Source: a virus. Taken from it: a DNA stretch of 64,000 bases. Positions 17,800 through 26,281 of the stretch are shown piece by piece (the first letter of the stretch is position 1; every line of letters starts with the position of its first letter). The notes under the pieces were generated by a model that was not told where the DNA came from, ran no database searches, and saw only the letters and a list, made by a program, of their open reading frames with translations. The DNA lies in the IMG/VR virus record IMGVR_UViG_3300013104_000005, positions 4,464 to 68,463 of that record. One strand, 5' to 3'. Both the position numbers and the translations under genes were made by a program.

Positions 17800-18486
17800 T
17801 CTCCAACCTGTAAAGGTTTGGGCTCCTCTCCACGTGCCCGCAGCTATTCGCGGTTCCAGACTTGAGACTGGCATGGTAGTGTTAAAGCGCCGCAGATATT
17901 GCTTCCCCTCATTAGAAGAGGGAATCTTCCGCGGCGACGGTCATCACCGGTCAACGACGTACTCGGTAGAGCTGTGATGCCGAGCTCGACCCGTCAGATC
18001 GAAACAATCACTCGAGGTCAATGTCGTTGGGGCAACCCATCAGTTATCAGTCACCTGTCGCCGTCGATCGTTACTTCCTCACCACTGCCAGTCGGATATT
18101 AGTTGGTCATCTGCTGGTCGTTGGACTCCGGTTTAGGCGTCGACCCGTTGGACATGTCGTAGGGCTCGAGGCGTAAGGTAAGTCAGCGGGCTTTGATTTT
18201 CCCACTGAGCCTTGTCGCCTGTCGCGGCCCAAACAACGGTTTGGTTTCAGGCTCTGTCGCGGTGCCAGGGTGGGCCATGAGGCTCTTGGGCACCGTCCTT
18301 ATTCCCTTGTTAACGGTTTTCGGTCATCTTCCGCACAAGCACGGCACTGAGGACCAGTCGGGTCGTTATATCCCCGGAGAGAACCACGGTCATCGCGGAT
18401 CTGGCTCCCTCAAACTGAGATGATGACACAACAGCCCCCATAGGGGGAAACACTAGAACCCTGTTCTGTGTATCATTTATCATCAT
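17800..18486 (-). ncRNA. putative large structured ncRNA or 5' leader with many YGAC motifs
   Basis: Follows a TTGACA/TACAAT promoter; no credible minus-strand ORF; many hairpins; 21 YGAC motifs counted on the transcribed strand in 17940-18393. Confidence 0.55.
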
Positions 18487-18489
18487 TCT

Positions 18490-18519
18490 ATTGTATCACA
18501 CTTATCCCCAGTTTGTCAA
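18490..18519 (-). promoter_or_regulatory. sigma70-type promoter TTGACA-18-TACAAT with extended -10
   Basis: tgtcaa 18514-18519, attgta 18490-18495; ATGATGATAA at the expected start site. Confidence 0.75.
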
Positions 18520-18577
18520 CTAGTTTTGAGATGAGTTACCGGTATTTTGGGGCAGGGGGAGGGTCGGCGAAGCACAC

Positions 18578-18610
18578 AAAAAAGCGGCGCCGCGATGAGG
18601 CGGCACCGCT
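18578..18610 (-). terminator. intrinsic terminator
   Basis: AGCGGUGCCGC/GCGGCGCCGCU stem followed by a U-run, after ORF 18630. Confidence 0.8.
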
Positions 18611-18629
18611 AGTGAGGGAGGGTAGGCAA

Positions 18630-18800
18630 CTAGCGCGACCTGTTCGCTAGCCAGTAGCAGGTGGCCCCAGCGAGGAGGGAGATGACTAGGGCCACAGCGA
18701 AGTCAACCGGGTAGGGGCTAAGTGAGGCGAGGGCCAGGCAATAGCCTCCCCCAGCGAAGAGGGCCAGGAGGGAGGGTTGGGTCTGGTGGGTAGGCTGCAT
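18630..18800 (-). CDS. small two-TM membrane protein
   Basis: Two hydrophobic stretches; AAGGA SD. Confidence 0.55.
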   Translation of the reverse strand: MQPTHQTQPSLLALFAGGGYCLALASLSPYPVDFAVALVISLLAGATCYWLANRSR

Positions 18801-18854
18801 GGTAGGTCCTTTCAAGGTGCCCTGGCCCTCGCGGACCAGGGCGGGATGGGCCCC

Positions 18855-19091
18855 TTACGGGGCGATAAGTCCTTCGATGTAATCGGTCACGACGTCCTGG
18901 GTAACGGGGTCGATGTGATTGACCTCGTAGTAATCGGCCGCGCGGTCCTCGCCGGCCTGCCTCGCCTCGGTGACCGAGTCGAAGGGACCGAACTGTTGGG
19001 CGTGGCCCTCGGCGATGTCCTGGGCAAGGGTTCGCTCCTGGGCATCTGGGTTATCAGCGAAAGAGCGATAGATGACCAAACTGAACTTCAT
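18855..19091 (-). CDS. hypothetical protein
   Basis: Start MKFSLVIY with GGAGG SD. Confidence 0.65.
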   Translation of the reverse strand: MKFSLVIYRSFADNPDAQERTLAQDIAEGHAQQFGPFDSVTEARQAGEDRAADYYEVNHIDPVTQDVVTDYIEGLIAP

Positions 19092-19179
19092 GGTAATGCC
19101 TCCTGGATAGGTGCTGTGTACTAGGTTCCTGTAAATGATGGATGCCCCGTATCCAGCGATACGGGGCACCTGTTACCTG

Positions 19180-19428
19180 TTAGGCAACTTGTTCGGCAAC
19201 CGGTTCGGCAACGGAGGCATCAGAAACGATGCCGGCTCGTCGATCCTGATCCAGCACCTCTGCGCTGGATCCCTTCATCCAGGACGCTGCCAGTTCCGCG
19301 GCCCGATCCCGTTTACGCGTTACGATCGGTTTTCCCGCGGGTGTCAACATGAACCGGCCCGATCCCGTATCCTGTATCGCGTAGAAATTCGGCTTGGCAG
19401 CCGGAACAACAATCGCAGTAATCTTCAT
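19180..19428 (-). CDS. early hypothetical protein, paralogue 1
   Basis: MKITAIVVPAAKPNFYAIQD...; clear paralogue of 19847-20170. Confidence 0.75.
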   Translation of the reverse strand: MKITAIVVPAAKPNFYAIQDTGSGRFMLTPAGKPIVTRKRDRAAELAASWMKGSSAEVLDQDRRAGIVSDASVAEPVAEQVA

Positions 19429-19552
19429 GGGTATCTCCTGGCAATATGCCGGGGATGATGCCGGTGCCCCCGGCAGGGGATGATGACAAGAACACAAGAC
19501 TGGTCAGAGATTCTGGACCAGACTGGATTTTATCGTTTATCATCATGTATAC

Positions 19553-19614
19553 ATTGTATCACATCGCCGGATAGTTGTCAATATTATTTAATATTTATTA
19601 TATCAATAAAGGAA
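19553..19614 (-). promoter_or_regulatory. sigma70 promoter TTGACA-17-TACAAT with AT-rich UP element
   Basis: The 41-bp block 19574-19614 is identical to 20298-20338. Confidence 0.85.
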
Positions 19615-19801
19615 CCCGCGTGTTTTGAGGGGGTAGGAGGGGTACAGTTGCAACATTACCAACGACCCTACAGGGTGAGGGGCAGGGGATAAGCGATACC
19701 GTTTTAATAGTATTAATTAACCACTGATAGGGTTGCAACATAACCGATAAGGGTAAGTGATGGGGGTAGGTAGAGCAAACCAGTACAGGCTCGCCAGTGA
19801 C

Positions 19802-19835
19802 AAAAAAAGACCCCCACCCCTTTCGGGGTAGGGGC
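19802..19835 (-). terminator. intrinsic terminator
   Basis: CCCCUACCCC-GAAA-GGGGUGGGG stem followed by U7. Confidence 0.85.
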
Positions 19836-19846
19836 GAACTCACCAG

Positions 19847-20170
19847 TTACTTCTTGCTCTTGCCCTTCTTGCCAGTCGCGGCAACCGGTTCGGGGGAAAC
19901 CGCCTCGGCGATTGCCTCCTCCAATTCACCGGTTGAGAGAGACCGGTCAGAGATATCGGTCACCTTCACCAATCCCTGCCGGCGATCCTGATCCAGCACC
20001 TCCGCGCTCTTGCCGCGCATCCAACTCTCCGCCAGCTCCTTCGCCCGTTCCGGTCGCCGCGTGATGATGGGCAACCCCTTGGGCGAGAGCAGGAACCGGC
20101 CCGACTCGTCATCCTGGATGGCCCAGAAATTCGGTTTTGCCGCACGAACCACGATTGCCTTGATTGCCAC
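19847..20170 (-). CDS. early hypothetical protein, paralogue 2
   Basis: GTG start, MAIKAIVVRAAKPNFWAIQD...; GGGAGG SD. Confidence 0.75.
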   Translation of the reverse strand: MAIKAIVVRAAKPNFWAIQDDESGRFLLSPKGLPIITRRPERAKELAESWMRGKSAEVLDQDRRQGLVKVTDISDRSLSTGELEEAIAEAVSPEPVAATGKKGKSKK

Positions 20171-20276
20171 GATAACCTCCCTGCGTAAAGACCGGTGCCG
20201 CCGGTGCGGATGAACATGATGCTGGTGCCTTAGGTAGGGACCAGTTTGTATTGTTATCATCATTTATTATGTATAC

Positions 20277-20338
20277 ATTGTATGCCATTCCATTCCGGTT
20301 GTCAATATTATTTAATATTTATTATATCAATAAAGGAA
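20277..20338 (-). promoter_or_regulatory. sigma70 promoter TTGACA-17-TACAAT with AT-rich UP element
   Basis: Duplicate of the promoter at 19553-19614. Confidence 0.85.
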
Positions 20339-20588
20339 AAAGACCTGGTAAGGGGCATAAGACCGGTCAGGATGGGAGGACTGGCAAGGGATGGGAGATC
20401 TATCATCTACCGTAGGTAGGGATGAGGAGGAGGGTGAGAGGGGCCAAGGCGTCCTTGCTGAGGGGAAATGGGGAGGGGCAAGGGGGTCTATATCTCAATG
20501 GTTATGTCTCAATGGGGGTACCTGGGGTAGGTAGGCGAGGTGGATTGGTCTCGTTGTCACATAGTGAGCGGGGACTGATCTTGTAGCA

Positions 20589-20700
20589 ACATAAGGGTGG
20601 GTGAATGAGATGGTATGGTTGAGATATAACCATCGGCACATAAGGGGCAGGGGCGCAGGTAGGATGGTTGAGACTCAACCATCGGTACATAAGGGGTAGG
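20589..20700. repeat. 49-bp-period direct repeats containing an ATGGTT/AACCAT palindrome
   Basis: ATGGTTGAGA...AACCATCGGYACATAAGGGGYAGG at 20615-20651 and 20664-20700; ACATAAGGG at 20589, 20638 and 20687. Confidence 0.8.
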
Positions 20701-21840
20701 TCGCTCACCGGTTGGGTGGGTAGGTAAGGCGAAGGTGGGAGGCCCCCTACAGGAGTAGGCCAGACAGGCGAGGCAGCAGGTCGTAGGACTGGGCAGGTAG
20801 GTCAGCGAGACCGGAGGCGGAGTAGGCTACAGGGGGTAGGCAGGCGAGGTGAGGCAGACGGCTTGGTGAGGTGAGGTGAGCGGGTAGTGCGTAGTCAGGT
20901 AAGCGAGAGCGAGGCGAGGTGGGCAGCGAGAAGGTGCCTGGCGCCTGGTGTGGTGGGTAGGTGAGAGGGGCGCGGTGCAGGCGCGGTGGCGGTCGTAGCG
21001 AGGGTGGGTCCGGGTGGTCAAGCGGGACGGTGGCAGGTCAGGCGGGCAGTGAGCGAGCGAAAGCGGGGTGGTGTGGTAGGTAGGCGAGAGCGCGGCGCAG
21101 GCTCGCTATAGGGGTGCGGTGCGGCGCAGGCGGGGTAGGTGGCAGGTGAGGTCAGCGCCGGGTGACCTGGGCAGCGAGACAGGGCAAGGCGGGTAGTGTG
21201 GTGAGGCGCGGCGAGGGTCAGGCAGGTGAGGTAGCGAGGGTCAGGCGGGTGACGTGGTGAGAGGGTACGCGTGGGTCAGTAGGTGCGGTGAGGCGTGAGG
21301 CGGGCAGTAAGAGCGGGGTGGGTGGGTAGTGTGGTGGAGGTCGGTGAGGTGGTCGGGTCAGTGGCGAGGTAGGTCGTGAGCGAGGTCAGCGGGGTGGTGG
21401 TCAGTGGTCAGTAGGTAAGGTTAGGTGGGATGGTGGTCGTGAGAGCGGGGTTGGCGGTAGCTGGGCGGGTGGTCTGGGAGGTGACGTGGTGGTGAGGCGG
21501 GCGCGCGGTGCGGTGATGAGGTGCATAGGTGCGGTGAGGGGTGAGCGGAGGTAGGGTAAGCGGGGTAGGTGCGGTGGTGGCAGCGAGAGGAGGGTAGGCA
21601 GGTAGGGTGATGGGAGGTGGGTGAGTGAGAGGTGCGGCGCGGCAGGTGGGTGGTGAGCGGGTTGCAGGCGTGGCCGGGTAGTGAGGTGAGGTGAGCGGGT
21701 AAGTGAGGTGAGGTGGCGGTTGGGTTGGGTGAGAGGGTGCGAGTGATGGTGAGATAGCGTGGGGAGGGATGGTGGCAGTCGTGAGGTTGGAGCTTATGGT
21801 TGTGTAGCGAGTGGCAGAGGGCGTAGAACGTAGGTAAAAG
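20700..21840. other. low-complexity G-rich non-coding tract (GGTGAG/GGTAGG/GCGAG motifs)
   Basis: Strong G over C excess on the + strand; only spurious Pro/His/Thr-rich ORFs. Confidence 0.85.
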
Positions 21841-22130
21841 GGTCGGAGACTGGTCCACCCGCACATTTCACTGTCTCCCGTCATTTTGCCGCGATGTTAG
21901 TCACCTGCTTGGCGAGGTGACCGACGAGACCCGCGCCGAGGTAGACCAACCAGGTAGTGTATGTCGGCGTTGCGTTGGGCGTTTGTGGGCCGCTAGACCC
22001 CACTGGTTAAAGAACGAGCGGCCTTCGGTTTTGTGCCCCCTCCCCCTACACCTCCAGCACTTGGGATAGCCCTTGCTTAAAGCACCATTAACATCATCAT
22101 CACATAACCTCAGCCCAGAACGACCACCAT

Positions 22131-22182
22131 GATCTAATTAGAAAAAGCTGACAGTTCTCTCACCTATCAACGATAGATTCAA
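22131..22182 (+). repeat. dispersed ~50-bp element, copy B
   Basis: GATCTAATTAGA...CAGTTCTCTCACCT...GATAGATTCAA. Confidence 0.7.
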
Positions 22183-22257
22183 TGGTGGTCATCCTGGCAT
22201 CAACCTACCCCCTTCCTGTATGATTATCCCCTCATTATGCCCCTATCCCCTCGCCTA

Positions 22258-23136
22258 TCACCCACGCCGCAGCTTCACCGCAGGCCTACGTGTGCCTATC
22301 ACCACAGCACTACTCACCTCAGGCACACTCACCTTAACGTTTACCTCGCTAATCTTATTCGGCAACTTGACTACCTGAGCGTTCACGCAGTCAAACGCGT
22401 GGTTGCCCTGCGAGTCTACAGAGCAAAACGCACACTGCTCTACCTCACCCTCGCCTTCACCGCTATCTTTCACCGCATACCCGTGAAAACCAGGGATCAT
22501 ACTCTTGCCCGCCGACACTCGCTGCAGGGCCTCTGCCGCTAACTTCTCCCGCTCGGCTCGTGTGCCGATTGACTTGCCCTGGTACTGCGTATGAATGCGC
22601 CCCTGCTGATCGTACACGCTGACCACGTTCTCGGGCTTCACCTCACCCCACACCTCACTCACCTCGATGCCCTTACCTACCTCACGCACCTCATCACTGC
22701 CTCGCACCTCATCACTTCCACTTCCCCGTGCCTCACGCACCTCACGGTGAGTCTCGATCGTGCGCTGACCGTCCATCCTCTCCTCACCCGCTAAGTTCGT
22801 AAGCTGAGGCAGCATATCTGCTCGCGCTAGCTCCCTACGCTCGGGCCGCAGGATGAAGTCCTCTCGCCGCAGCCCGTTGACCCTGAGGTGGTTGTAGACC
22901 GTTTGCCAGGTCCACGGCTTGAAGTAGGGCGTTAACTGCCCGGCCTTGTTTAGCTCATCTGCGAGCTGCGCGTACGAGGGCCAATAGCCGTATACCTCAT
23001 CCCAGGTCTCGAGCAGCCGGGTCATCACTTGCTTAGTCAACAGCATCCTGCGCTCGCGGAATGTCATATTCTTTGCGCGACTTATTAACTCGGTGGGCAT
23101 GTTATTCGGTATCGGCTCTTCTACTAATCTCATCAC
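22258..23136 (-). CDS. protein with recombinase-like helix-turn-helix domain
   Basis: SYAQLADELNKAGQLTPYFKPWTWQTVYNHL resembles the serine-recombinase DNA-binding motif; no catalytic domain seen. Confidence 0.6.
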   Translation of the reverse strand: MMRLVEEPIPNNMPTELISRAKNMTFRERRMLLTKQVMTRLLETWDEVYGYWPSYAQLADELNKAGQLTPYFKPWTWQTVYNHLRVNGLRREDFILRPERRELARADMLPQLTNLAGEERMDGQRTIETHREVREARGSGSDEVRGSDEVREVGKGIEVSEVWGEVKPENVVSVYDQQGRIHTQYQGKSIGTRAEREKLAAEALQRVSAGKSMIPGFHGYAVKDSGEGEGEVEQCAFCSVDSQGNHAFDCVNAQVVKLPNKISEVNVKVSVPEVSSAVVIGTRRPAVKLRRG

Positions 23137-23148
23137 ATTCTACCTTTC

Positions 23149-23727
23149 TTATCGCCTCACTCGCAGCCTCAACAGCTCTTGCCGCTCGGCCTCTATCGCT
23201 AGCCCCTCGTCCAAGCTAACCTTACCTGCTACCACCGACTTATCCAACTCTTCAGCGCTGATGCCACTACTCAAGATATCCTGCAGTACACTCTCACCAC
23301 TCTCCCTACTCGTGTCGACGCCGGTATCCTTCAGGATCTGGCCTCGCATCACGACGTCCCGCTCAAACGCTGTGTACCACCACTCCTTCATCTGTGAGGC
23401 TAACTTCCAGCGCTGCACGAAGTAGATCAGCTGCATCCGCGTCCAGTCATGCCGGCTACCGATGGACCGAGCGTTGAACATGCCCGCCAGTTCCTTGAAC
23501 CCCGGCTGCGGCTTCTGCTCCTTACCCGCGGCCTCAACTGCCTCCCTAATCACCCTGATGCCCGCGTCTCTTGACTTATCGCTACCGTCTATCGCGGCGT
23601 AACAGTGTCGACACGCTACGATCGGTAGGGTCCCTATGATGTAATCACGCGCGTCATACGAGCCACAGTACATACACTTGTAGGTGATCTTTCGCTCCTT
23701 CTTGCCGCCGTCTCCGATGCTGGCCAT
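23149..23727 (-). CDS. hypothetical protein with N-terminal Zn finger
   Basis: CMYC...CRHC; GGAGG SD; extended -10 TG-A-TATAAT at 23789-23797. Confidence 0.6.
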   Translation of the reverse strand: MASIGDGGKKERKITYKCMYCGSYDARDYIIGTLPIVACRHCYAAIDGSDKSRDAGIRVIREAVEAAGKEQKPQPGFKELAGMFNARSIGSRHDWTRMQLIYFVQRWKLASQMKEWWYTAFERDVVMRGQILKDTGVDTSRESGESVLQDILSSGISAEELDKSVVAGKVSLDEGLAIEAERQELLRLRVRR

Positions 23728-23853
23728 ACTTGCCTCCTCCCTTGCCTTACGCTCCCCTTGCCGCATACCACAGTATTCACCCCTATCTATTATATCACCT
23801 TAGTAAACCTTTTGTTCGTTCTACGACAAGCCCAAAATACACTACTAGAATCA

Positions 23854-24150
23854 CTTATATCTCAATAATATGAACTTAGTATAATATATCTCATTTACTA
23901 TAATTACATCTGAAAAACCATATTAGGGGGATTTTCTCAAACCCTTATACTATTTCTTTTACTACTTCTTCCACTACTTTTATAACTATTATACTTATAT
24001 CAATGTACTACGTGCAATACTATATAATAGAAATAGTATTAGAAATAGTAATAGATATAGGGTTTCAGAAATCATCTAATATACGATTTTTCCGATGTAA
24101 TTGAGGTAATTGAGAAAATCAAGTCTTGGTTTATATCATCGAGATATAAG
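23854..24150. repeat. ~300-bp AT-rich imperfect palindrome at the early/late divergence
   Basis: Paired arms CTTATATCTC/GAGATATAAG, AATTACATCTGAAAAA/TTTTTCCGATGTAATT and TATTAG..AAACCCT/AGGGTTT..CTAATA. Confidence 0.8.
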
Positions 24151-24298
24151 GGCGCTGCCGCCCTCTTCTGCACCCACTCGCGTGCCCCACTCACGCCTCT
24201 ACCTCGCGGCGAGATGCTTTACACGCCCTGCCGCCCTACCCTCACCCTCGCTCGCGCCCTCCTGTTCCTTACCACTCTCGCCACCCCTCAGGTCGCAT

Positions 24299-24350
24299 CA
24301 TCTAATCAATTTACGCCCTAAGGAACCTACCCCTCAAACGTGATTAGAAA
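24299..24350 (+). repeat. dispersed ~50-bp element, variant copy
   Basis: TCTAATCA ... TGATTAGA inverted ends spanning 48 bp. Confidence 0.45.
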
Positions 24351-24367
24351 CTAATTCGTGCGCCTCG

Positions 24368-24396
24368 TTGACAGGGTCGTCGCGGCGTGATACAGT
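24368..24396 (+). promoter_or_regulatory. sigma70-type promoter TTGACA-17-TACAGT with extended -10
   Basis: Lies directly upstream of the rightward operon. Confidence 0.65.
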
Positions 24397-24417
24397 ATAC
24401 GGAGGCGTAACCGTAGC

Positions 24418-24906
24418 ATGCACATCAAGCTTCGGACTGTTTTAGCATACTTTGTATCGTGGGACCCTGAGGCCACCGAACTGCAGAACGGCTGGCTATC
24501 CTTACTCTTGGGTATTCGTTGCCTAACCGCTCCACTGTGGCCGCTGTTCGCTATAAGTCCTCATTACTATCGAGGCATGTCGCAGATCGCTGGGGAGGGC
24601 GTGTGGGGATTGACCTTGGTAGGGTTAGGGGCACTACAGCTGATAGCGGTGTGGGGCTGCATGAGGTCCCTCAGCGACGGCTGGGCACGCTACTTCCAGC
24701 TTCGGTCGTGGCTGTCGATCCTCTCGTCGGGCCTGTGGGCGTTGGTCTTGTGGGCGTTGGCCTCGACCGACGATCGTACCCTGGGGTGCATCTTCTTCTT
24801 CGTGATGTGGATGAGCTCGCTGAGTGTGGTGGTCAGGCTACACTCGGCTGGCCGCGCGGTGACCGTGGACGTGCACGACGCCCACGATATCCCAGGTGGA
24901 GGTTGA
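24418..24906 (+). CDS. multi-pass membrane protein (possibly lysis-related)
   Basis: About four hydrophobic segments; GGAGG SD. Confidence 0.65.
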   Translation: MHIKLRTVLAYFVSWDPEATELQNGWLSLLLGIRCLTAPLWPLFAISPHYYRGMSQIAGEGVWGLTLVGLGALQLIAVWGCMRSLSDGWARYFQLRSWLSILSSGLWALVLWALASTDDRTLGCIFFFVMWMSSLSVVVRLHSAGRAVTVDVHDAHDIPGGG

Positions 24907-24962
24907 CCTGTTACCTAAGCGATAGTCACTACCGTCACGCTCGGTGCTGGGAGTGGAACTGG

Positions 24963-25544
24963 ATGACCCCAAAGCTAACAGATGCCGGCTTCGGCGCCTT
25001 TTTCGCTGCTGTGGTGATGTTCATCGGGCTAGTCATCAAGCAGTTTTTTGCCAATCCTTCCCAGCGAAACGACCGACGGAAGTCCGATGAATCCGCTGCC
25101 CAGACCTTCCGCGAAGACATCCTGAAAGAGCTACACCGCGTGAAGGAGGCGCAGCGACTGCAGGAGTCGGAGTGGCGCCGCACGCTCTACCTGCAGGAGC
25201 GAGAGACACTGCGGTGGCGGTACTACTCGTTTGACCTGTTAGACTGGTGCGCGCAGATGCGCATCACACACATGGACCTGCGGCATGAGTTTGACGTGAT
25301 AAAGCGGGATATGGGGCAGGACCCCATCAAGTGGAGTGACCTGCCGCCGATCCCTAACTTGAAAGACAGTAATACCTACGAGTTGGAGCAGCAACAGCCC
25401 CAGACGGCGAGGGCCATCCCTACTCCTAACCTCTCCCAGCCTGAGTGTCCACCTGCCAAGCCTACCCAGACTGAGGTGAAGGTCACCGTTACCGACGCCG
25501 TGGACGCGTTGGTCAACACCCTAACGCAGCAGAAGGAGGAATAG
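24963..25544 (+). CDS. membrane-anchored coiled-coil protein (lysis region)
   Basis: Start moved to MTPKLTD; one N-terminal TM followed by a charged helix. Confidence 0.6.
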   Translation: MTPKLTDAGFGAFFAAVVMFIGLVIKQFFANPSQRNDRRKSDESAAQTFREDILKELHRVKEAQRLQESEWRRTLYLQERETLRWRYYSFDLLDWCAQMRITHMDLRHEFDVIKRDMGQDPIKWSDLPPIPNLKDSNTYELEQQQPQTARAIPTPNLSQPECPPAKPTQTEVKVTVTDAVDALVNTLTQQKEE

Positions 25545-25545
25545 C

Positions 25546-25803
25546 ATGTTGCAGTTGAACAAGTGGAACCTGGCGTTTGAGCTGATCTCAGAGGCCATGA
25601 TGGGCATCTCGCAAGTGCAAGCCGGGCAGACCTACCAGTCGCCTACCATCGACATCAACGTCGGCGGCGGCGAAGATGTTGAGGTTGTTGTCACGGTCAG
25701 GAAGAAGATCCTCCCCCAGGCTCGCCCAGTCCCTACCCCGGGCCCGGACGTAGTGACGCCTCCGGGCCTGACGCTTGTGAACACCCAGGACAGCCCCCTA
25801 TGA
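25546..25803 (+). CDS. hypothetical protein
   Basis: AAGGAGG SD. Confidence 0.6.
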   Translation: MLQLNKWNLAFELISEAMMGISQVQAGQTYQSPTIDINVGGGEDVEVVVTVRKKILPQARPVPTPGPDVVTPPGLTLVNTQDSPL

Positions 25804-26150
25804 ACCTCTACCCTGCGGACTTCACTGCGGTGAAGGCCCCGGACAGTCCTCGCAGTGCCAAGGACTACGTTCACTGGGTCATCCTCACGGCTTGCCTCTG
25901 CGTGGCGGCCATCACCATCGCGTACCTCGTGAGCGTGATGTGGTTTCGCACGCCGCAGGGCGAGCTTGGCTCGCTCTGCCGCGAGGGGTTAGCCTTCCTG
26001 TTTGGCCTGCTGGGTAAGACCAGCATCGACTTCTTCCACACCGAAGAGACGCCGACGGTCAAGCTTGACCAACCAGCCACCGAGCCGGTGCCAGTGACCG
26101 AACAGCCAGCACCGCTTGCTGAACAGAAGGCAGCGACAGACCTACCCTAA
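25800..26150 (+). CDS. putative holin
   Basis: Small, one or two TMs, upstream of the endolysin. Confidence 0.5.
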   Translation: MNLYPADFTAVKAPDSPRSAKDYVHWVILTACLCVAAITIAYLVSVMWFRTPQGELGSLCREGLAFLFGLLGKTSIDFFHTEETPTVKLDQPATEPVPVTEQPAPLAEQKAATDLP

Positions 26151-26172
26151 CTACAATGCTACAAATTGACAG

Positions 26173-26201
26173 TTGACAGGGCAACGATAATGGATTATCA
26201 T
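26173..26201 (+). promoter_or_regulatory. sigma70-type promoter TTGACA-17-TATCAT
   Basis: Tandem TTGACA at 26166 and 26173. Confidence 0.6.
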
Positions 26202-26281
26202 TAGCTATAGTCAACATCACATGAGGAGGTAGGCGATGCAGGGCCAGTCATGGACAGTTATCCCGGCGCAGCGAGGCAACC

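Noticed and set aside
18476-20263. ATGATGA as box C of a TIGR or C/D-guide array
   Set aside because: Only isolated copies at promoter starts; no tandem array with box D and no Nop-domain protein seen.
20827-21884. Pro/His/Thr-rich minus-strand ORFs
   Set aside because: They arise from the C-rich low-complexity strand; no convincing RBS or protein-like composition.
22258-23136. Integrase or lysogeny module
   Set aside because: Only a recombinase-like HTH is present, with no catalytic serine or tyrosine recombinase domain.
24519-24962. N-terminal extension of the 341-aa ORF
   Set aside because: It overlaps the membrane-protein gene 24418-24906; ATG 24963 with an SD is more plausible.
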